Of a DNA stretch of 64,000 nt, positions 49,020 to 59,449 are shown piece by piece; position 1 is the stretch's first letter, and every line of letters starts with the position of its first letter. Where the stretch lies: contig QPMI01000165.1 of the NCBI GenBank assembly GCA_004431415.1, positions 192,196 through 256,195 on the forward strand, written 5' to 3'. The notes under the pieces were generated by a model, which was given only the letters and a program-made list of their open reading frames with translations, searched no databases and was not told where the DNA came from. A program made the position numbers and the translations under genes. This DNA comes from Cyanophora paradoxa CCMP329 (lineage: Eukaryota; Plantae; Glaucophyta).

Positions 49020-49195
49020 GAAGTCGCCGATCATGCCGAGGAACTTGCGAGCCACGCGCACCGCCCCCTCGATGCTCTTGTGCGTGCCGAGGTTCGCCTT
49101 GCCACACTCGATGTTGTCGAAGCGCACCAGGTAGCGGCACGGGCCCCCGGGCTTCCTCGCGGGCACGCGGTACACGTAGGGCGGCAGGTTGCGGC
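49020..49195 (-). pseudogene. AP2/integrase-like DNA-binding domain fragment
   Basis: LPPYVY...YLVRF...NLGTHKSIEGAVRV. Confidence 0.4.
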
Positions 49196-50163
49196 CGGCG
49201 GCCGGCGCGGGGAGCTGCAGCGGGGAGGCAGCGGCCTCCTCCTCGTCCTCCTCCTCCTCCTCGTACTCCTCGGTGCCTTCGCAACAGCGGCGCGAGAGCT
49301 CACGGGCGCGGTGCGCGCGGCGCTCCCGGTCAACGCACGCTGGCACCGCAACGACCGGCTGGCCTTCTACGACATCTGCATCCTGCGCACCGTTGCGCCG
49401 ACGGCGCAATCGCTCCTTGCCGGCCTCCGGGGCGGTCCGGCCGGCGCGCCGCTCGTCGAGGCGCTCTCTCGCATTTTGGCGGGAAACCGACGGACCGTCG
49501 AGAACCTCGCGACCGTCCTCGCCAAGGGCTTCATGTCCTCGTACAAGATGAGGATGGCGGCAGGCGAGCGGCCGGAGGCGCGGGCGGGCCGCCTGCTGCT
49601 CGACCTGGCGGCCCACATGACTTCCCACGCCGGCAGCGACGCCCAGGTGCGTGCCGCGGCGTGTCGCATGATGCAAGGCTGAAAACTGCCCGCGCGCAGG
49701 TGCGCCCCGCGGCCGCCGGATAGCAACATGGCGTGTCACATGATGCGCGCGCCGCAGATCATCATCGCCGAGGGCGGGGTTGGGCGCGCCGCGCGCGTGC
49801 TCGGCATGCACATGGCGATCCTCGGGCTGGTCGACCCCGCAGACCCCCTCGTCGACTTTGACATGTGGGTGGCGCTCCGAGGCGACCTCCGCCCGCCGCC
49901 GGCCGCTTCGGATCTGGCGGCGGCGCTGGCGGCGGCGGCCCGGGGCCCGCGGGGCGGATGCCGCGGCCCGCCCCGCCCTCGCACGTGCCCGTCGTCGGGC
50001 AGCCCGCGGGACCGCCGCCACCGCCGCCCCTCCCATCGTGGCCCGGCGACCTCGTCGCCGCCCTGCTGGTCGGCCTCGTGCCGGCGTGGGGCGCCGCCCC
50101 GAGCGGCCTCCCCGACCCCGACCAGGAGGCGCGGGCCCTGCTGGCGGCGCGGGGGCTGCGGCT

Positions 50164-50413
50164 GCGGGAAGCCGCCGCACGGGACGTCCCCCCGCGCCCG
50201 GTCCAGGCCGCCGTTGCGCCGGTACCAGTCGTAGTAGTGGGGGTTGTGCACGACGCCCTGCTCGACCCTCCCCGTCTTCCACGAGAAGGCCGTGTGGCAG
50301 GCCGTGCACCACATCTGGTCGCAGCCGCTGATCTTGAAGATGAGGGCGCGGCACGAGGGGCAGGACTTGCAGTCCCGCAGCATGGTGGAGACGGAGGCGG
50401 CGACGTCCGGGTC
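50164..50413 (-). pseudogene. NCLDV RBR E3 ligase, RING2/Rcat piece
   Basis: CPSCRALIFKISGCDQMWCTACHTAFSWKTG...HNPHYY...PCGG. Confidence 0.9.
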
Positions 50414-50600
50414 ATCCCGAAGCGCCCAATCTATGTCTACTCCTTCGCCCTCGACCCCGAGGACTGGCGCCCGACGGGGACCCTCAACTTCAGCCGCATC
50501 AACGAGGCGCTGCTCAAGTTCAACATGCCCGTGGGCGACAACGGAGAGCCCGCCACGCCTGCCGGCGAGATCTTCATCTTCGCCCGCTACGTCAACATCG
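50408..50600 (+). pseudogene. NCLDV major capsid protein, near-C-terminal piece
   Basis: IYVYSFALDPEDWRPTGTLNFSRI...IFARYVNI. Confidence 0.92.
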
Positions 50601-51887
50601 GCGCCGTGCTGAGCTCCAAGGCCGAGCCCAACGTCGTGCTGGACTCTGGCGTTCTGCGCGCGGGCCTGGAGCGCATGGGGGTCGACGCGGTGGACTCGGC
50701 CCTCCAGGAGCTGGAGCGCGCGGGGAGGGCGGACCGCCTGGCGCCCGCGTCCGAGTTCCGGCGCCTGCTGGACCGCTGGCTGACGGCGCAGACGAACGAC
50801 GAGTGCTTCGACGTCCTCGCGGACCCGATCGGCCGACGGGTACCCGCCTTCTTCGACGATCGCCGGCAGCAGCCGCGCACGCGCGTGCTCGCCGAGTGGC
50901 TGAGGGTGCTGCAGGGTCGCGGTACGTCTGCAGCCGTGCGGGGGTCATGAGGATGCAGCAGCAGCAGGCGGCCGCCCGCGCGGCAGGGCACTGGCACCAT
51001 GGCCACCAGTTCAACTATTGACACACACACACACACACACTAGGCGAGGGAGGGCGGGTCCACGCGGCGGCGGCGGTGGCGCCGCACCGCGGTCGCTTCC
51101 GCCTCCGCCGCCGCCGCCGCCGCCGCCGGTCTCCTCTCGAACCGGCGGGCGGCCGGTCCGCAGCGGCCCACGCCCGCCGCGTCGCCGGGTCGGCGGCGCT
51201 CGGCGCTTCGTAGCGCTCGAAGGAGCCCGACGAGACGCTGCTGCTCACGTCGTCGTCGCTGTCGTCGCAGGCGCCGGCGGCGCCACTGTCGGCGCTCCGG
51301 CGGGCGGCGCGGCGGGTGCGGCGCTGGCGCGCGCGTGCGCGCTCGCGCTCCAGGGCGGCCCGTCCTGGCACGGTCCCGATCGGCCGTGCAGGCGGGTAGG
51401 CAGGGAGCGGGCGGGTCTGGCTGCTGACGATCTTCAGCCGCCCGAGGGCCTCCAGCTCGGCGTGCGCGTCCGAGTCGGTCTCTGTATCGTCATCCTCGAC
51501 GTCGTGCGGCGCCGCCGCCGCCGCCGGCAGGGGCAGCGCCATTTGCGGACGGACGGACGGGGGTCCGTGTCGGTGTACCCCTTCCCCACCTCCTCCCCGC
51601 CGCTCCCGGCCGCGCTCCCTGCCGGCCCGGGCTCGGATGAGGGCACAATGGACGCCTCGGACAACTAGGGCGGCCGCCAACCACACCCTCACCCCCGCCC
51701 CCGGCTGGGGCGGAGGCGGGTCCCTCCATTCGTCCGGGCGGTCGGCGATGAATACAACCCGACCCCCCGCTTCCCGCCTCGCGCGGAAGACCGTTTCGTG
51801 CATTATTGTTCATTCTGTGATAAAAACAGACCCGCGCCCGCGCCCCTGCGAGCTTTTTCGCACACACACACACGTAATTATCGCACC

Positions 51888-52000
51888 ATGCCGACCACCG
51901 AGGTCTGGTTCTCCGGGCTCCCCGAGGGGCGCGTCACCGTCCTCAGCTTTGACGTCGGCATTCGCAACCTCGCGTACGCGCTGGTGTCCCGCGAGCCGGA
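51888..52000 (+). pseudogene. Holliday junction resolvase (pox A22/RuvC-like) N-terminal piece
   Basis: VLSFDVGIRNLAY. Confidence 0.8.
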
Positions 52001-53914
52001 TGAGATTCGGCCCAGGCGGGGCGCCAGCGCCAAAGGTAGTCGACTGCCCTCTGGAGCTCGTCTTCCGTGAACATCCCCCGGAAGTCCCCAAGAACTTGCT
52101 CGATTGAGGGGAATGGTTGGCCATGGTAATCGTTTTCTATCCAGACGGCGAGCTGCTCGACGAAGTCCGGCCTGTCTCGCATGGATGCATGGGCAATGCG
52201 TGGTTTCTCCCCGACCAAGAATTCCCCTCTCTTGTCCAGTTCCCGGATGGCCTGCCTGATCGCGGCCCAGTTCCCCAACAATGTGGGCCAATCACTGCCG
52301 GTCGCCGACACCGGTTCTGCAGCTGCCTGGGCCATCAGCTTCCTCGCAAGGCCGCCCAAGTCTAGGCTGTCTGGATCGTACTTCTTAAGCTTAAGCTTGG
52401 GAGGGGGGGCCGGGGTTTTTCCGCGCAACGTCCAAGGCAAATTGAACGTTCTGTAGTGCCGTCGCGTCCGTCATGGGGCATGGCCAGGGGGTTGCTGCCA
52501 TCGACGTAGACGGGCCGGCCGGCCCTCCGGGACAGGACGGGGTGGAACAGGCTATTTGACCTGAGGGGGACGCTGAAAAAGAGCACTGTGTTGCCGGCCT
52601 CGAAATCGGGCCGGGGCGGGCGGGGGCCAGGGGGCTCATTTTCCGGCTCGAGCACGTAAAAGCACTGCAGGCGGCCGAAGTAGGGCTCGCCCCCGAACGG
52701 CCCGGGCGCGGCGGAGGAGCAGCGGCCCAGCGGCGGCCCGCCCCCGCCGGCGGCCGAGCGCCCCAGCCGGCGGACTCGGAGCTCGGTCGCCGCATCCATC
52801 GCCGAGCTGGAGGCGGCTCGTGTCGCGCCGGACGCAATGCGGTCGACGGGGCCGCACCCGGTAGGGCGGCTCCACGTCCTGGATGTGCTATCTCACGGCC
52901 GGCCTTTCCCGGCAGAGGAGCTGGTGGGGGGGGTACCCCCCATTGTAAAACAAATAATGACCGACGCGTCCGGGCTGCCATCGCTTCCGGCGGACAGGGG
53001 GCTCTAGGCCGCCGGCGCCGGCGTGGCGCTTTCCGAGCCGCCGGCCGCCGCCTCCATCGCAGCCCTGATGCGCGCCACGTCGGCCATCGTCAGGACCTCC
53101 GTCGCGGGATAGAGGGGGTGCGCGTGCGGGCGGCCCCGCCCCGACGCGAGCCCCCTCGACGCGTGCTCGAGCCGCAGGCAGTCGCGGAAGCGCCCCCGGA
53201 CGCGCACGCCCTCGAGCGGGACGGCGAAGAAGAGCTCGTCGAGGGGCAGCTCGTCCAGGTCCGGGCCATGCAGCAGCAAGAACGCGAGTCGTCTGTCGGC
53301 GCCCCGCGGAGGGGGCCCGGGGCGGGCGGCGGGACGGCCAAGGGGTCGGCCGCCGCCGCCGCACCGTTGTCCTCTGGCTCCGAGGACGGCGGCGAGGGCA
53401 GTGGCGAGGAAGGCAGTGGCGCCGGCGAGAAGTAGGCCCAGCCCCTTTGGATGTTTTTTTTCTAGGGTCTCTTATCGCGAGAAGACCGGCCCCGTATATA
53501 TATATATATATACACCGCACCATGGAATTGATTCCACTCTTCGACGGACAGAGGGCCACGGGCGCGATGGCGATTACGCCGTACGACCGGTACATGAAGG
53601 TCCTCAACAAGGGTGATAGCAGCAAGCACGCCGGCAACGAGATCTCCGAGCTCTCCCCGCACGAGCGCGAGGCCCGCAAAATCGCCCGCGCCGCCCGCGC
53701 CGCCGCCATCGAGGCCGCCAAGCAGGAGCTGGAGACGAAGATGATGATCGAGGAGGCGTCGAAGGCCGCCGAGGCAGTGAAGGCCGCCGGCCGCTCGACA
53801 GCCGCCTGCTCGCTCCGCCGGAAGAAGAAGTCGTCGTCGTCGACGGCGACGGCGACGACGAAGCGGAAGAAGAAGTCCGTGCCGATATCGGCGATGGCCG
53901 GGCCCCCGGCGCCC

Positions 53915-54372
53915 CCCGTGCCCCGCATCCTCTTCCAGACGTGGAAGACGCGCGAGGTCCCCGAGCGTTGGCGCGATGCGCAGGCCTCGGTCGTTCACGC
54001 ACACCCCCACTGGGAGTACCGCCTGCTCACCGATGAGGACAACGACCGGCTGGTGGCCGAGCACTTCCCCGAGTTCCTGGCCCGCTTCCGCGGCTTCCGG
54101 TACCCGATCCAGCGCGCCGACGCGATCCGGTACGTTGTACTGTACGTCTTTGGGGGCGTCTACCTCGACCTCGACTACGTCTGCGTGCGCCCGCTCGACG
54201 GCGTCCTCGAGTCCATGCCGGCGGACCGCTCGGTCGGGCTCCTGGCCAGCGCAAACCCCGGGGCCGTCACCACCAACTCCATGATCGTCGCCCGCCCGGG
54301 CTCCCCCTTCTTCCTCGAGTGCATCCGCCGCATGCAGCGCCCGCGGCCCTTCTGGGCGTGCACGCGCCACGT
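53915..54372 (+). pseudogene. Glycosyltransferase family 32 (DxD, OCH1/SUR1-like) piece
   Basis: PRILFQTWK, IQRADAIRY..LY.FGGVYLDLD. Confidence 0.9.
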
Positions 54373-54503
54373 TGAGGGCGAGGTTCAGGAGGAACAGGAG
54401 CACGACGGGGTCGTGGCGGGCGGGGCGGCCGGCCGGTGCCCGTGCCGCGGCGGCGGCGAGGGCCAGGGCGATCAGCACGTAGAGGATCCCCCACGCGATG
54501 GGG
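54371..54503 (-). pseudogene. tspO: TspO/MBR family protein, middle piece
   Basis: PIAWGILYVLIAL...LFLLNLALN (WxxLY and LN motifs). Confidence 0.75.
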
Positions 54504-55084
54504 TCTTTGACGGCGGCGACGGGAGGCTGCTGGAGGCCCTCGAGGTGGCCACGACGCCGCGCCTCGCCAGCCCCTGGTACCTCCTCTGCCTGCCGGGCTC
54601 CTCGCCCCCCTCGCTCCTCGCCCACGACGGCGCAGGGGGCGTGGCGATCGCCCCCATCGAGGTCGTCTGGGCGCTCGCCGGCGCCGGCCGGGCCAGCATG
54701 GAGCCAGTGCTCGTGGCCAGCATGGAGTCCTACGCCACGGGCAAGGAGCTGCTCACCGTCCAGTCATTCGCCAACTACTTCTCGCGCGCCTACGCCAGCC
54801 CGTCGAACCGCTACGACCCGCGCGGCGACCGGGAGGCGGCGGCCGCCAAGGGGCTCGGGCGCCTGATGATGCGCGCGACGCTGGACGAGTTCGCGGGCGA
54901 CGGCACCGCCGTCCTCGAGTTCGCGTCGGTGGCGGCGGCCGCCGTGCCGCACCTGGAGGCGGCCTACGGGCTCGTCCCCGCTTTCAGGGCGTCCTCCTCC
55001 GCCTGGGCGGCGCGGAGGACCTCGCCGCCGCGGCCCGCGGGTGCGAGCGGTTCATGGCCAACAACAACCAGCAGACGCCGCCCC

Positions 55085-56042
55085 CCTCCCGCTCAAGCGC
55101 GACGTCATCGAGCTCGCCATGCGCCGCATGATCGCGCGCTGGGCCACCCTCTCCGGCACCGGCGGCGGCCTGCAGCAGCCGGCCGAGCCGGCCGTCGCCT
55201 CGCCCGCACCCGGAGCCGGCTGCGGCTGCCCCTGCCCGGCACCGGCAACTGCGGCCGGAGCCGGCGTCGTCCCGCTCGCGGCCGCCGCCGTGCGCCGCGC
55301 CGCCGCCGCCGAGGAGGAGGCGGTCGCGCTCCTCCTCGCCAAGAGCCCCTCCCCCTACGACCGGGCCGACCCGGTCCTCTGCGAGCGCATCCGCGCCCTC
55401 GAGCTCCTCAGCCGCGGCGAGCGCCACGAGGCCGTGCGCATCGTGCGCGACCACTGCGGCTGGCGGCCCCTGGGGCCCAACGTGCGCATGGTCACCGAGG
55501 GCCTCCTCTTCTCGATCGAGCGCGGCGCCGGGCGCGACCTCGGTTTCGCCGCCGCCTTCCGCGAGCAGCGGGACGAGATCTCCGCGGCCGCCGACGAGAT
55601 GGCCCGCTCGCTGGCGGCGGTGCCCCTGGCCTGCGGCGGCGACCCGGCCGGAACATGCCCCGCCCCCGCCCTCCTCCTCCACGCCGTCCAGACCTGCAAC
55701 CTGGCCCGCGAGTGGGCCGAGCGCGGCGAGGCCGAGGCGCTCCTCCGCCTCGAGGCCGCCGAGACGGCCGTCATGCGCCTCGCGGGGGCGGCCTTCCAGC
55801 CCTGCGCCCGCCCCGCCTGCGGCGCCCACGTGCCCCTCTTCCACTACGAGCGCTACTACTTCCCGTGCGGGATGCACTTCCTCTGCGCGGCCTGCCACCG
55901 CAAGGGGCTGGAGGAGCGCCGGGGGGTCCGGCGAGGCGACGCCTGGGAGTGCCCCCAGTGCCCCCCCGGGATGGGCGGGGGCCCGGGCGCAGGCGGCTGC
56001 TGCTGGTCCCGCCCCCCCCAGCGCATCGTGCTCGAGCCGTGA
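55085..56042 (+). pseudogene. RING-finger protein, C-terminal part
   Basis: CARPAC...PCGMHFLCAAC...WECPQC. Confidence 0.65.
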
Positions 56043-56120
56043 GTGAGGCGGTTAACCAGCCGCCTGGCGCCGCCGGCGCGGCGCGCGGCGTGTATATATG
56101 TATCGATGAATCTATTACAA

Positions 56121-56218
56121 TTATTACGAACAGTAACCCTACTGGGGCGGCCGGGGCAGGCGCCGCGGGTTATTACGAACAGTAACCCTACTGGGGCGGC
56201 CGGGGCAGGCGCCGCGGG
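56121..56218. repeat. Exact 49-bp tandem duplication
   Basis: TTATTACGAACAGTAACCCTACTGGGGCGGCCGGGGCAGGCGCCGCGGG x2. Confidence 0.95.
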
Positions 56219-56975
56219 TAAAGTGGCTGGCGGCCACCAGGGGCTGTGAGCATGAAGTAAACCACGATTTCCCAGCGGCTCGGTTGTACTAAGCCCGCCA
56301 CCTGAATCTGGTGCGGCATTTGGAATCGCGCCAGATCGAGAAGTCGGTCGTACGACGAGTCGAACCACGCCTGGTCCCGCGCATCGACATGCCCCGTTGA
56401 CCCAGGGATGTACCGGCGGCCGGATCCGGAGCCCTGCTGCCATGCCGGGTCCCCTTGCGACGCAGGGTCCCTGAGCGCGCTGCCTCGGAGGGGGACGACG
56501 ATTGTGATGATCGAGGTCAGCGGGCCGCCGAGCTTCTCGAGGACTCGTGGGGTTCCGCGCGGCGCCTGGCCGGCGGGGATCGGAACGGCGTAGTACCAGA
56601 TGGTGAGCCTCTGCTGGATAGCGTCAGATGCTCTGTCCCATCCGAGGGGCGGCAGCCCGTACGCCTCTGTCAGCCAGCTGTCAACGTCGACCTCTTGGGG
56701 GTGTTCCGTCGGCACGAGGGCTGCAGGTGGTGGTGCCGGCAGCGAAAACCCGTCCGCGCAGAGGTGCGTCGTGCTCAAGAGCAGCGCGCGATGTTCAAGT
56801 GGGGCCCTCCCAAAAGGCCATCGCCCGCCGCGCTCCCGCAACACGAGATCGCGCACGCGGCGGTCCAGTCCTGTCCAACACTCGTACCTCCATGTACCCT
56901 CGCCCTCCACGGTCCGATAGTATCGGTACTCGTTCTTCGCGTCCACAAGGGCAGCCGAGTTCGACGCCCAGTGGG
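56188..56975 (-). pseudogene. Hypothetical protein C-terminal part (RDQAWFD family)
   Basis: Lower-GC coding block; paralog of 15857-16100. Confidence 0.55.
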
Positions 56976-58160
56976 GGGCCGCCGCGGACGACGAGGAGGA
57001 GCCCGAGGAGACGCCCCCCGCCGAGATCACCGATGCCTTGACGAGCCGCTCGTCGTCATCGTCAGCGTTGTCGTCGACAGCGGCAGCGACGAAGTGGCGC
57101 CAGACGGCGACCTCGCCGGGGCCGAAGCCGGCGTCGAGGCGCGGGGCGCCGGCGGCCCCGTCGGCGGGGCTCACGGCGACGTCGGCCTCGTGGAAGCCGG
57201 CGGCGCCGTAGGTGGTCTCGATGAGGCGGCAGGAGACCGAGGCGAGCGGGGCCCCCCGCACCGAGTAGTAGAGCGCGATCGAGAGCAGCCGGTGGCCGAG
57301 GTTGCGCACCGGCTGGGATGCCTCGAGCCCGACCTCGAACGAGGCGGCGCGGGGGTTGCGGAGCGCCCGGAAGCAGCGGGCCAGGAAGGGGCGGCTGCCG
57401 TCGACGACCGCCGGCCCGCGCTCGACCGCCGAGGCGCCCCCGGGCCCAACGAGACACACGGCGTGGCGCGCCCCGGAGACGAAGCGCGTCTGCACGACCT
57501 GCGCGGCGCTGAAGAGGTGCTCGTCGGGGCGGGCGAGCGTCAGGGCGAGGCCGTCGACGGAGGCCGAGTACAGGGGCCGGCCGGCGGCCCTGTCGTAGGC
57601 GCCGAAGGCGGCGAGCCGGAGCTCGGCGAGGAGGTAGAAGGGCCCGCGGAAGGGCGCGGGTGCGGAGACGTAAGTCTGGGAGACGAGGTCGAATCGGGGG
57701 GCGGTGGCCTCCTCCGCCGGCTGTAGCGCCGGCATCTTCCCCTCCTCCCAGCCGCCCACACGGTGCTCCAGGGTGGGCTTCTCGTCGCCGGCGTACGTGG
57801 GGGCGTCGGCGGCGAGGGAGCCGGCGGGGCCCTGCACCTGGACCTGGGCCCCTAGCCCCTCGAGCACGTGCACGACGGGGCTCCGGTATCCCAGGTCGAC
57901 CAGGGCGAGCCGCAGCCCGGGCCCGCGGCCCTCGTCCAGCCCGCTCGCCTTGGCCGGCCACGCCGCCTCGAGCAGGACGCTGCCCATGCCGGCGAGGGCG
58001 TCGGCGTTCACGTCCACGCCCTGGATGATGCGCATGCTGTGCTTCTCGCCGTCAACGTCGCGCGCGCGTGCGACAAGCCGGCGCCTGGCCTGCGCACATG
58101 CTTTTGGCGTCGCAACTAGCTTCTCTAGGCCCCTTTCTCTCTCTTCTTCTCAACAAACAC

Positions 58161-58422
58161 GTACCCCCTCTACCAGTGTTCTATTTGTGTGTTGTAATTT
58201 AAGAGGTCCTTTATAGAAGAGTAGAAAAAGACGGAACTTCAAGAGGGGGGAGAAAACAGTAGGGGGGTACAACATCTTGAGGGAGGGGTGAAGACTGTAG
58301 GGGGTACAACATCTTGAGGGGGGAATGAACCAAGTCTCGATATACACTAGTCGATATGCAGACTTTCTATAAAGGGCCAACTTTTTCAGGAAGCACAAAC
58401 GAAAGCCACTGGGAGGGGGTAC
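58161..58422. promoter_or_regulatory. Lower-GC structured element: ~60-bp imperfect inverted arms around two 24-25-bp direct repeats
   Basis: Arms 58161-58219 and 58363-58422; GTAG(G)GGGGTACAACATCTTGAGGG at 58259 and 58297. Confidence 0.65.
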
Positions 58423-58462
58423 CGGACCCAACTTCAAAAGTCGGACCGTCGGCGGTCGGCGG

Positions 58463-58505
<43 letters not shown>

Positions 58506-59449
58506 CAGCAGCACGCACGCAAACAAGCAAGCAAGCATCAACGAGCACGCAGGCGCGCGCGCGCGCGGCCGGGCGCGTGAAAAGATGCACTTCCTCGAGA
58601 TCCTTCTCCGGAGACCTGCTCCGTCGTCCAGCGCTTGCTCTGCTTGATCTTGGAGTGCCGGCAGAGGTCGCAGACGATCTTCGCCGGGGTCGTGAGCTCG
58701 CCGCACCCCAGGAGGGCGCACCGCACGGCCTCCCCGGGCCGCGCGTGCGCCGCGCAGGTCGCCAGTGTCGGGTAGGCCGCCCGCTCGCACCGCGGGCCGC
58801 CGCCGCCCTGGCACCGCGGCACGCGGTCCAGCACGGGGAACGCGAGGACCAGGCCGGGCAGCCTCTGGCTCGAGCCCGACTGGCGCCGGCCGAGGGAGTC
58901 GACGGAGGACGCCGCCCCCAGCTCGCTGCACTGCTTGCACCCGGAGAAGGCGCGCTCGGGGTCGGCGTGCTGGTCCCAGGTCTCCTTCCGGCAGACGCCG
59001 CAGCGCGCCGTGCCGCGGTGGCCCGGGTGGGCCCGGAAGAGCGCGCAGAGGCCGTTGCTGGCCCAGTGGACGCGGAACGGGCAGCCGGCCGCCGCGCAGA
59101 GGAGGAAGGGAGGGGGCGGGCCTGCGGCGGCGCCGGCGGGCGCGGCCGCCACGGCGGCGGGCAGGGGCGGCAGGGCGGCGAGCGGGAGCGGCGGCGGCGG
59201 CGGGCGGGCTCGCACTGCTCGCAGATCCGGCGCGCGCGGGCGAGCACCGCCTCGCCGCCCCCGGGCAGGTCTTGTCGAGGGCCGCGCGCGCGCCCAGCGC
59301 CTCGGCGGCCGCGAGGAGGTCGAGCGGGCGGCAGCGCGCGGCGAGGAACCGCAGCTCCCTCCTGAAGCCCGGGGCGCGGCCGCCTCGGAGGCCCCCGCCA
59401 GGGCCGCGCCGGCCGCCAGGAACACGAGCTCGCCGGGCCCGATGGCCCG

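Noticed and set aside
2862-54372. A simple reciprocal rearrangement between TspO and the GT32 gene
   Set aside because: Joining the two partner ends does not restore GT32 (no TGP motif follows) or the 3063- gene
2855-54375. Trans-splicing or a giant intron joining the TspO or RBR pieces
   Set aside because: The TspO upstream piece is followed by GT but the downstream piece is preceded by AC, not AG; the RBR ends have neither signal
53447-56185. 912-aa ORF as a single multidomain gene (likewise 40621-42225, 17166-18848, 11826-13253, 7615-8484, 56188-58035)
   Set aside because: Read-through across fragment junctions: domains are truncated and partly antisense to real pieces (e.g. TspO inside the 912-aa ORF), so these are not true fusions
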